Source: Octopus vulgaris (Eukaryota). Taken from it: a DNA stretch of 64,000 nt. Made by a program: the position numbers and the translations under genes. The stretch spans positions 78,306,001-78,370,000 of the forward strand of contig OX597821.1 in NCBI GenBank assembly GCA_951406725.2, in the 5' to 3' direction. Under the pieces are notes generated by a model. It was not told the origin of the DNA and searched no databases. It saw nothing but the letters and a program-made list of their open reading frames with translations. Of this stretch, positions 53,378-64,000 are shown in pieces; position 1 is the first letter of the stretch; each line of letters begins with the position of its first letter.

Positions 53378-54070
53378 TTATTTCATTATTGCCCACAAGA
53401 GGCTACACAGAAAGGGGACAAACAAGGACAGAAAAAGGGGTTAAGTCGATTAGATCGACCCCAGTGGGTACTTAATTTATCCACCCCGAAAGGATGACAG
53501 GCAAATTTGACCTCGGTGGAATTTGAACTCAGAACGTAGAGGCAGACGAAATACCTATTTCTTTACTACCCACAAGGGGCTAAATACAGAAGAGACAAAC
53601 AAGGACAGACAAACGGATTAAGTCGATTATATCGACTCCAGTGCGTAACTTGTACGTATTTAATCGAACCCGAAAGGATGAAATGCAAAGTCGACCTCGG
53701 CGGAATTTGAACTCAGAACGTAAGACAGACGAAATGCCTATTTCTTTACTACCCACAGGGGGCTAAATACAGAAGAGACAAACAAGGACATACAAACGGA
53801 TTAAGTCGATTATATCGACTCCAGTGCGTAACTGGTACGTATTTAATCGAACCCGAAAGGATGAAATGCAAACAAGGGACAAACAAGGACAGACATAGGT
53901 ATTAAGTCGATTCCGTCGACCCCAGTGTGTAACTGGTACTTAATTTATCGACACCGAAAGGATGAAATGCAAAGTCGACCTCGGCGGAATTTGAACTCAG
54001 AACGTAGGGGCAGACGAAATACGGCTACGCATTTCGCCTGGCGTGCTAACGTTTCTGCCAGCTCGCCGTC
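53378..54070 (-). mobile_element. Family-1 SINE tetramer with a 17-bp target-site duplication
   Basis: tgcttacattacgtttc at 53361-53377 and 54083-54099. Confidence 0.9.
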
Positions 54071-55529
54071 TTCGAAACGTATTGCTTACATTACGTTTCG
54101 AGTGTTGCCTCCTTCAGGTGTCTTGTGATTCACCTTCGTGACTGGCCTGGGGTTGAACTCAGAACATCTGTGTGACTGCACTGCATTAACCACGCCTTAT
54201 CCACTGCGCTATGCCTGTAGACAGTGACAGAGTGAATTTGTTAAGGCTTATAACCTCCATTGGTGTCTCATGTCGTCTTCGTACCGATTTGATAATACAG
54301 TTCTGTAATATCTAATACATAATTTAAACTTCCTCGTCTCAGAAATTCAGAACTAAGATTATTCTAAGTTTTCTACACCAAAAGGCCTACGCTTTTGCAT
54401 ATATACTTAGTGGTTAGTTACAATTTACAGAAGTACATAATAGATTATAATTTCATAAAAAAACAGCCCATAATTATTTTGGATTCCACCCAAAACAATT
54501 AATATCTTTCAAAAACTAATATTTTTCACAACTGAAATTATCTCTACTTAAAGTTGTTAACAATACGTATCAAATATTGTTGTAGTGGAAATGATATGCG
54601 ACAAGTGGTATGGCACTGTCACTACAAAGTGAGACAACGTCAACCAGTGCAGAGAGACGTGTGTCAGTCGGTTGTAGAGTCGTTGTACGAGTTCTTAGAG
54701 TTAAGTGTCAGTTACGGGTTATAGTCGAGTTTCTAGTAACAGTCAAGGTAGACGGATGAAATTCTGTGTCTAGCAGAGCTATTGGCGATATCACGATAGA
54801 TGATGCGGTGTGTCGCCATTCCGTAATACAAGAGATACACTGTATCCGATACCAATACAATACCGGGGCTACAAGAGTAGATACAACAGCTATAATCACA
54901 ACAGTAGCCACACATATTAAATGTGGAAAATCTCACATCATAACAAATATATTAACACTAAACCAACTATTGTTTTTCAAGCAGACGGGATCAATAAGTG
55001 TTGTTCAATTCTTCCGTTTTAACTGACGACATTATAACAACTCTTTCAGTAAAATACTTTTCCGATTTACTTTAATGAAACTAAAAGACAATATTTCCAA
55101 GGTTGTAAAATCTGCTAGAAATACCAGGCAAACCTCTCTAAAATTACATCATATCATCTTCAGAAGAATGATACGCATTGGATAATGTCCTAGATAAGGC
55201 ATATATGACAGATAGACGAAACGGTCATGGCTACGGCAACTTTTCCCATGGGACATGTCATTCAGAGTTGACTCGGTGCTGAATAACAACAGAAACAATA
55301 ATGTTGTAGTATTTCTTTTGATTATCGAATTCTTGTACTAATGAAATCGAAACTCCAAACCAAAAACATTAAGACGAAACCTGGGAAGAATTTATATCGA
55401 ATAATTTCTAAATCAACACAATTATTTTGAGTCCATTGTAAAACATACTAGAATATTTTCGTTAAAAGATTAATTGAAAACTCGTCTGTTCTTTTAAATC
55501 TAAAACAATATCATTCATTACTCATACAG

Positions 55530-55621
55530 GTACGAGCTGGCAGAAAGTATTTGAGATGAATAGAACAGCGTTTAAAAGGAGTCCTGTGTACAGTTATTGG
55601 GATATTTTGTCTATTGATAAG
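55530..55621 (+). CDS. PAN-domain gene B, coding exon 2
   Basis: atacag|GT...AAG|gtgata; 92 nt, (S)TSWQKVFEMNRTAFKRSPVYSYWDILSIDK. Confidence 0.9.
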
Positions 55622-55878
55622 GTGATACCTTTTGAAAATTTCAAAATGATCATCATGCAATAAAAAGTATTACATTACATAGTTGTCAGCCCATTATAAC
55701 TTCTGTTAACCCCACACCATAATTTCCTCTTGGCATTTCTCTCTCACAATTTTCAGTATCCTTTTCCTTTCTTTCACGCTCCCTCTCCCTCTCAGTCTCT
55801 CTCTCTCTCTCTCTCCTCATACTTTTCCCTCAGTCCTGTCAGATTTCTTCTTGATTTCATTCAATTTTGTATTTGCAG

Positions 55879-56030
55879 GTGAAACTCATATTGAGAAAAA
55901 ATAATGCTGAAATTCACTCATTAACTTTCACTGGAAGAAGTACAGATTTCAGATCCTGGTTCAATTCCAATAAACTCATTTCAAAACCATGGTTTGGAAA
56001 TATAGCATCAACCTACGAGTTCAATGATAA
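55879..56030 (+). CDS. PAN-domain gene B, coding exon 3
   Basis: ttgcag|GTG...GATAA|gtatgt; 152 nt, VKLILRKNNAEIHSLTFTGRSTDFRSWFNSNKLISKPW... Confidence 0.87.
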
Positions 56031-56269
56031 GTATGTATCGATCACCTGTGCTTCATTAGGACTTGTTGTTTTCTTCAATTATAGTAATTTCGATTTCTCA
56101 CATAGGTAGAAGGATACAGTTAATTTCATCGACCTCATTAATCAACCCGTATTATTTCATCCACTCAAGAAGAAAAAGAATTCAAGCTTTGATCGCGACG
56201 GGATTTACAGTTAACATTTGAGAAACAAACATAAGAAATTGATTTATTGCTTGCAACCTTGCTGATTAT

Positions 56270-56730
56270 AAATTTCGGCAAAAAAAAGCAGAAGATTTAA
56301 AGGAGTGTTAAGCCGATTCTGTCGCCCTCAGTGCTCAACTAGTATTTATGTTATCGACCCCGAATAGATGAAAGGCAAAGGTGATGCTAGCGGAATTTCA
56401 ATCCAAAACGTGAAGATGGACAAAATGTCTCTAAACATTCCGCTCGATTCTAACGATTCTTTATAACCGATTCTAATATTAATCCTTTTTAAGGATTAAT
56501 CGTTTTATAAGCGATTCTAATATTATTTCTTTTTTAAGGCGACTAGCTGAAAGAACTGTTAGCACGCCGTGTAAAGTGCTTAGCAGCATCTCATTCGTCT
56601 TTGTAATCTGCGCCTAAATTCCTCAGAGTTGAACCTTGTCTTTTGTCCTTTCCGATTCTATAAAATCCATGCCAGATGTCGATGTATTCGACTTAACCCC
56701 TCCCTCAAAATTACTGCTCTCGAACCAAAA
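56270..56730. mobile_element. Two old family-1 SINE copies in opposite orientation (more at ~58835-59035 and ~59420-59715)
   Basis: Diverged atcgaccccgaa..atgaaaggcaaag core and ggcgactagctg..ctgttagcacgcc head. Confidence 0.6.
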
Positions 56731-59700
56731 TTTAAAACTATTAATACGATTTTCATTATTTGCTACAAGTAGTAATTTCCCCCACCATTTGCTCCTTAAC
56801 AAATTCTCTAATTCGGCCCCTTTAGTTTTTGTGTGCCGAGAATGAAATATTCGCTTTCCAGAAACCAAGTATTCATTGGGTAAACCGAACAGGTCTCAAA
56901 TTTATGGTTTGTGTAACCAATCACTTTCAAATTTGGACATCCTACATTATTCTTAATTGCTGTTCTTACAAATACTCTATCTAGATACGATTTGAACGGT
57001 CTGTTATGGTTGCCTCACGCTACGCAGGCAAATCAAGGAGATGTGGTCGTTATCTGTAAGACAACAAGAAACTTCTGAAAAGGTTTCCTAGGCCTCTAAG
57101 TACTTCTACCTTGCGCTAGCCCCACACATTCCCAACGTTCATATAAAATGCATTTCCGCTCCCCGAGTAATGAAAGAGAGTTCGGAAGTCCCCAGGAAAG
57201 CATTTAGACGTCTGAAAAACGCAGGTCCTATTGTCGCAGTGAGGCATAAATGGCAGCTTAACTGAAATCACCATCTTTAATAATGCTCTAGTCCAGGACC
57301 CCTGGATCCTGGATAGTGACCCATATCTTGAGACTTAATGATTTACGGACTAATACTATGATCAATATTTGATCCAGACAGACCAGCCACCTAAAACCAT
57401 GAAGTGGTTTTGCCTCCAAGTTCACCTCAGGTCATCTCCGTTTATACATTCCATTCCTTGTTCATCGAAAAATGAAAAAGGTGTTTACTCACCCTGGCCA
57501 TAATAAAAACTGCATGATCTTGCCTTCCTATTCATTAAGGGAAAACGTCAAGTTGATGTTTTAGGGCATAGTTCTGGGCTATCTTTCTAAAGGTCCTAAC
57601 ACTGAAACAGAAATTTTCTTTTAAGATTTTAGTGTGTATGCGTTTATTGTTGATCACTTCTTCCATCGATTCATATCACTGTTTGAAACACTAGTGAAGT
57701 TATGATCGGGTGTTGATTTAGTGAGCATTGTAATTAGTGTCAGGTTTTTAAAAATCTTTTGTAATTGTGTTAGTGGTTTTTATTCGATTTTCGTTTGAGT
57801 GGTTGTTGTTACAGTTGCGATGATGGTAAGGATGTGTTGTACTAGCGGAGAACATCTAACGCCTGTTTGCTTACACCGGCTTTCATTTTGAGATCATTAT
57901 ATTCTGGGGGAATGAATTGAGCATGAAGCTGTGAGTGAGATTGTGTTTGTACTTTGATATTAGAGTATGGGTAGATTTTGGCCAGAGGGCTTGTTTTTCT
58001 GGATGTGTCACTCACCTCCATCGCCTATTATTATGTATAATATTAACTATCATACATAATTGGCAGAACATCTTTCATCCTCTCCAGTTTTTCCTCTTTC
58101 AAGAGTCGACAGAGTGAGTTCTCGTCTGTATTTCAAGGCTAAAACTTAACATTTAAAGTTCTGAAATGTTTACTGTGAGAGGTGTGGTATGACTCCATAA
58201 GCTTTTCAGGCATTTTTCAGCGATACCATGTCCTTAAGTTTACAACATGACAAGTTCTCATGCTGATGCATCTCCAATTTTTAATGCATCAGTTAGTAAT
58301 ATTTATCACTCATGTTGGTGCATGTTGATCTTTTGTTTTCCAATACATCTGACACATTGAAATAATTCGTTTTCGTTTCCAATATTTCCGACGCTTTTAA
58401 ATAAATTGCAGTCTCCCAGCATAACTGAACTTTCTGGAGAAACTTTGTTGTATTTCGTATTGGCTGTAGTAGTTGGGTTGTTGGTTGTTGAGATTGATGG
58501 TTCTGATGCTCTTTGCTGCAATGCAAGTAGCTAAATAGTGGCGATGATGACATTGATGGCTGCAGCGCAATAACAACCGTGTTGGCTGCGATACACTGCT
58601 GTCGTTGCTGTTCTTCTTTATTGTGCTTATTTAACTTCGTTTAAGTTAAACTTCCGTTGTTCTCGTCACATTTTCCATTGTTGTTCTTGCTTGCTATTGT
58701 AATTTTTGTTGTTGTTAATATTGTTGCTGAACTTTTCTTGGAGTATAATCGAGTTGACGTAAAGCAGGTGACAGTAATTGTTTCTTTCCTCACTGTCCTT
58801 GCAAAAGAAACGACATTATTATTACTAGCTAGTGGGAGTCGATGAGCTGGCAGACTTGTTAACACGACGTTTAAAAGGCTTGGTGGCATTTCGCCCATCT
58901 TTACGGTCTGAGCCCATACTCCGGCAGTCGACGTTACCTTTCATGTTTCCGGCGTCGATTAAATAAGTACCATTTGAGCACTTGGGTCCATATAATCTAT
59001 TTCCCCTCACCTCAAAATGGCTGGCCTTCTACCAAAATCAATGGATTTTGACTAGTAAAGGAAATGATTGACAGATTCTTTGTTCTGGCTCTTTCTCCTT
59101 TCGGTTCAGTTAAACCCTCATTTAATCCTTTTGTGTTTCATTCATCCCAATAAATATTATTATTGATACGGATCTTTGTTTCCTGAAAACTGACGAATAT
59201 ACAAAACAAGATTTAAAATGCTACCTTGGATAAATTCTCACGAAAATTCTCTATATAGACGATAACAACTTTTAAACCAAATATAACAGAATTCGCGTGT
59301 AAAATGTGAAAATTTGGGAAACTTTACAGAGCTGATGCTGAGCATGATTGCTTGTCAAAGCTTCTAATAAAAAAATTTGACCTTTTTTTCACTGATCAAC
59401 TGACCCGAAATATTCAGGGAGTTGTACACACATCGACCGCGGTTCTTAACTGCTACTTATTTTATCATCGACGCTGAAAGGATGGAAAGTAATGTTAACT
59501 TCAGTGGTATTTCAGCTCAGAACCAGAAGAAATACCCCTAAATTTTGCATAAAATACCGGCGAGGTTGTTAGTCGATTACATCAAAACCATTGCCCAACT
59601 GCGAAAGGATGAGAGGTAAAGTCATACTTGGTGAAATTTGAACACAAAACGTGAAGACGCACAAAATGCCGCTAAGCATTTTGTCTGAGCTAAAGAGTTT

Positions 59701-60196
59701 GTGAGCTCGACGCTTTGTAGATTAATAATAATAATGATAAAGGTGATGAAGATGGTGGTGGTGATGATGATGATGATGATCATGTTTTTGAATTAAACAC
59801 AAGGTTAGCAATTTTGAGGCTACAGTCAGTACCATCGTCAGCTACACACAAAATAATTATACAAAATAATTAGATAGCTGTATATAACCACAGTGAAAAT
59901 TTTTTTTTAAATGCTACGAAATTCAGCAACACAACCAAATAAACATCATGGCTTCCAAGAAGGATATGAAATCCTTGCCATTAGATTTTTCTAAAGGAGT
60001 AATGAAACTCATTATTTTATTCTACAAGCATTTCGTTTGGGTACTTTCCTATATTTGAACTTACTTAATCTGTTTTCCTCTCTGTTTGTACTTTTTTACC
60101 CAATAAATTTCATTCACTTCATTACGACGAGGTTGGTTATGCTTAGACCGGTAAAAAGATGGGGTGGTAATATTTGGATACTTCTTTAACGAAGAA

Positions 60197-60460
60197 TGGA
60201 GGCGCGTGGCTTAGTGGTTAGGATGTCAGCATCATGATCGTAAGATTGTGGTTTCGATTCCTGAACCGGGCGACGCGTTGTATTCTTGAGAAAAACACTT
60301 CATTTCACGTTGCTCCAGTCCACGCAGCTGGAAAAAAATGAGTAACGCTGCGATGGGCTGGCGTCCCGTCCAGCTGGGGAACACATATGCCATAGAAACC
60401 AGGAAACCGAGCCCATGAGCCTGGCTAGGCTTTAAAAGAGCGCATTTATTATTATTATTC
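60197..60460 (+). mobile_element. Family-3 tRNA-derived SINE
   Basis: ggaggcgcgtggcttagtggttagg...gtttcgattcc head, gctgcgatgggctggcgtcccgtccagc domain, (TTA)n tail. Confidence 0.85.
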
Positions 60461-60539
60461 TTTAACGAAGGAGTGATGATATTAAGATATTTATTTTACT
60501 CTTGAACTGAAACTAAATAATCGGATCTATCCAACTTAC

Positions 60540-61743
60540 AGTTCATATTTACTTTTTATGTTGTAAGTAACAAACCGGGGATTACACTCAATAATTTCAA
60601 AGATTAAATATAATCTCAGTGATTTCATTAAACTGTACCGATTGTCGTAAATACAGTTGTAAAGTATTCTATTATGATGAAAATTATTGAAAGCGTCAAT
60701 TGTAATATATGTTATTTTCAGGGAAGAAAACTTTTTCATCTCACCAAATACTATGTCAAACAAAGTGATGAAAGCAAAGAAGATCAACGAAGGCACTTAT
60801 ATAATTCGCTACAATGAGGTCGTTAATGGTAATATATATATTCTCTGTGTCTGAAAAACAATTGATATAAATGTGAATTTATTATCAGCGTAGAAGAGCT
60901 GCTGGTTCCGCAGTATTTGCCCATAGATATTCTCTTTCCTCTAGATTTTAGAACAGATATACATATCTCTATGATAATACATATTACTTTCACGCCCCCA
61001 CGAATGACTGTCAGTTTTTGTTATTTTTTGATTTTAGCGGAAGAGTTCACGAGAGTGTCTAACCAATATTGACTACCGACCCTTAATATTTTATTCACTT
61101 CATTTTACTCTTGGTGTAAATATTTTTACTGTCATTATCTGTGAGTTGTTGTCTGAGTGAAGTCATACAATACTTCAAAGATGACTCTACTCCGACTTTT
61201 CTTACTCTACTCCCCCTTTTCTTACTCTACTCCCCCTTTCTCCCTCTTTTCCTCTACGATTAGATCTTCATTATCACTGTTTCTTTGGAAATGTGAATTT
61301 GATGTCTGCGTCTTGCAGACTTTACTGCACATAGAGTGGATTCTCCCATTAGATAATCCTGTATCCCAGATGTTGGACTCAGGGCGTCTTTAGTAAATGC
61401 CTTGTAATGTAATCTTATAGCAAATGAAAACCTTTGAATGCCATGTTATTTTAAGTCTAGTTTAATATTTGGTGATACACTCTCTTTCTTCTCATTTCTT
61501 TTGTATGATATATTTTCACTAATACCTACGTCGATCGTATCAGAACACTTACTTGCATATGACTATTACCCCGATAAGGAAATTCCTTCGAGGGAAATTA
61601 CAGACCTTGGTTAATTATTCCTTCTTCAATATATTGAGAAGTTTTAAATTATCATCTGAAAGTGCAAATTATATGCGATTCCTCCTCGCAAATATTGTTC
61701 GCATTTATGTTTTCATAATTGCTAACTACGGCATTAATACGAG
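60540..61743 (-). pseudogene. Two exons (61553-61743, 60540-60850) of another, more distant cullin-like copy
   Basis: Both have ttcag| acceptors and |gtaagt donors. VVSNYENINANNICEEESHIICTF/DDNLK (~[25 protein letters not shown]); FITLFDIVFGEMKKFSSLKITYIT...YDNRYSLMKSLRLYL...KSKYEL (~FTSKLEGMFRDM..LTVRVLT..FRRFYLAKHSGRQLTL). Frameshifted. Confidence 0.4.
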
Positions 61744-62164
61744 CTGAAACATCTAAACATCTAAAAGACCTATAGAGCAACGGGTCTGCAACTAGCTTTT
61801 CTGTTGTTGACGTGTATGTAGTTTCAAAATACCTTATTTTACAACTATAAGATGTATTGTTATTGTCATGACTTTATTTTACTATAATCAACAACAAACA
61901 CATTTCGTCAATATTAAAGTCTTTATTAGATTAAAAGTAACATCATCAAAACATGAAGGTAAAACAAAGCAAATATGCTTTGTATTCTTCCAGGCACCAA
62001 TGTACTGCAGCTATAGTCTTTCGCGTTGTTCACCGACCAACTTTTCCTCTGAAAAAAAAAGTGAAATTATTCGATCTGTATACAGAAATTATTTTCCTCC
62101 TGAAACTTATAAAAAATACACACATTAGGCACACATTTCTCTAAGCCGCACACTAAATTTTCCA

Positions 62165-62203
62165 CGTAAAAAATAGCGGCTTATACACCGGGAATATACG
62201 ATA
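62165..62203. mobile_element. Probable pogo/Tigger-like terminal inverted repeat
   Basis: gcggcttatacaccgggaatatacg(a)ta resembles TACCGTA...TATAAGCCGC termini; partner end not found. Confidence 0.4.
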
Positions 62204-62689
62204 CACATGAGGAGTTAACTGTTTAAAGGTAATTGTCCTAGGGTCTTGTTGTCCTCAGGAGAAATTGTCCTTTGTGAGGTTTACTGTCCATGGTGGAAGG
62301 GAGATAAATGTCCTAGACTCACGTCAGTATTTGTAGTACTCGTTTTCTCGAACTGGGAAAGAGAGAGACCGGTGTAGTAAAAAGTTAGCGAACGATTTTA
62401 TTGTTAACTATGAATACTTCTTTTGATCAATTTCCATTCATATATCAATGGAAAATGCAATGATTAAATCCTGCTGCATTTCTGTACTGCGTTTAGTATG
62501 AGCATAGATATTTACATTGTCCAAGAAAAGTGTAGGTTTGCATGTATGTATATGTTTATGTATGTATGTATGTATGTATGTATGTATGTATGTATGTATG
62601 TATGTATGTATGTATGTATGTATGTATGCATGTGCAGATTTGTATATTTTATGCATGTATTCTCAAGCATATAGTTGCATATCTAGACA

Positions 62690-64000
62690 TGCTCATATAA
62701 TTTAAATAATAAACGTTTGGAAAGTTTTACAGATTTTTACAGTTCCATTGCTGGATTGGATCTGTAGTCTTCGAATTAGCTTTCTACTTTCTGGTTTTGA
62801 GAAGCCTAATTTCTCAAGATTAGTATTTAGTCAGTATGTTACATACACCAGGGTCCCAGTAATTACAGTTATAAATTTGAACTTGTAATCTGGATAGAGT
62901 AACTGGAGATTTCTCAATAGTTCAGCTTCGGCATTCTCTTTTCCACTGATCCTCAGTTTTATGTTAACATTCGCTGGGCAGCTAATTTCCGAAGCTGTGC
63001 ACAGCTTCTCTTCTCTATTCCTAATCACTATATAAGGTCTGTTGTACTTATATTTTATTGAGGTCTTCACTGGTACATTCCACCAGTATTCTCTTTTATT
63101 ATGAGTGGCTTCTTCCATATTCTGGGTTCTTATTTCTTTGTCCTTGGGATTATCATATGGACGGATTTCTTTATAGAGCGTCCTACATACAGCATCATGT
63201 CTCATTGGTAGATAATACCGTGATGACATTTTCGGACAACTATTTATGATGTGGCTGATATCTTCAGTGTGAACTTCACAAAGTCTGCATCGGTTGTCAC
63301 ATTTTACGGCTTTTCCTGCATCTCTATCTCTTTTCTGCATTAGGCATTTTGGTTTATATTTCTTATTCCTGGATTTCAAACACATACCCTTCAAAGTGTG
63401 AGCTAGTAATCCGGATATTGGTCCATGACAGACTGCTTTGATGATCGATGTTACTGGCATCACGGAGCTTTCTCGTAACGTATTCATTCATAATCATCTG
63501 CTCATATAGATGGTAGATTCGTGCGAATTTTGGGGGGCATGTACTTTAGATTATCAAACAAAGTGTGTTGCTCAAGTAGTTGCCTTCCAAGTCTTATGAT
63601 GTTATCAGCCTCATGTATGCAAACTTGGTCAAGAAGTGCACTTCGAACTTGGTGATTAAGCGATATTTCCGAAGGGATATGATGCCACATTCAAAGGCAC
63701 TTTGGATCTACTGCCTTGTTTTCGCTTTTAGTTAGTGGCGATCTACGTCACAATTTATGTGGAAATTATGTGTGCTTGTTAGTATTTTTCGAGTTTTCAC
63801 ATCAATGGCTTGGATCTTATGAAGCGTCCAATCAAGCAGCTGAAATGATGGTATGAGTATTGGCACTGCAAACACATTGTGGGCCACTTTTTTCTTGAAT
63901 GCAGAGGTTCTGAGGTCCAAATTGCCTTTATTCGGCTGTAATATTCTTTAGTGACACGCGTTTTGTTACAGGTGCTATTGTAAAATATATTTTCATCCAC
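62690..64000 (-). mobile_element. RLE-type (R4/NeSL-like) LINE, decayed, runs off the window end
   Basis: HNVFAVPIL..IDVKTRKIL; CRLCEVHTEDISHIINSC...RHDAV; WWNVPV...NRPYIV...EISCP. Confidence 0.88.

Noticed and set aside
54085-54125. Hammerhead-like CTGAAGGAG...CTCGAAACGTA on the - strand (related remnant at ~49345-49375)
   Set aside because: Core lacks A9 and stem I is poor; the 49 kb copy has no GAAA half.
54578-54914. Possible solo LTR (TG...CA)
   Set aside because: No matching target-site duplication or second copy found.
57380-58560. Possible decayed retroelement or further exons of gene B
   Set aside because: No recognisable motif or phase-compatible exon homologous to gene A.
60197-60270. 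tRNA gene
   Set aside because: A/B boxes continue directly into a SINE body; no complete cloverleaf.

Overview
Eukaryotic, AT-rich, microsatellite-saturated DNA. The SINE families and (TA/CA)n density look like an octopus (coleoid cephalopod) genome; this is an inference from repeat recognition. Most ORFs in the supplied track are microsatellite artefacts. What the sequence supports: (1) two divergently oriented paralogous multi-exon genes for a secreted PAN/Apple-domain protein, each with three recognisable coding exons of near-identical length and identical phase (30753->24549 on -, 52491->56030 on +); (2) about six decayed cullin-like gene copies, one traceable from the N-terminal repeats to the C-terminal winged helix (~7420-12785); (3) a frameshifted DIPK2A/DIA1-like kinase pseudogene; (4) several type I hammerhead-ribozyme motifs, including a ~1.3 kb tandem plus inverted non-coding unit with one per copy and a canonical-core motif just upstream of one PAN gene; (5) many transposon remnants (CR1/Jockey-group, RTE, R4/Dong, Tx1, Penelope, Helitron, Tc1) and three tRNA-derived SINE families. 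All protein assignments come from by-eye translation and motif memory, not database searches, and repeat boundaries are approximate.
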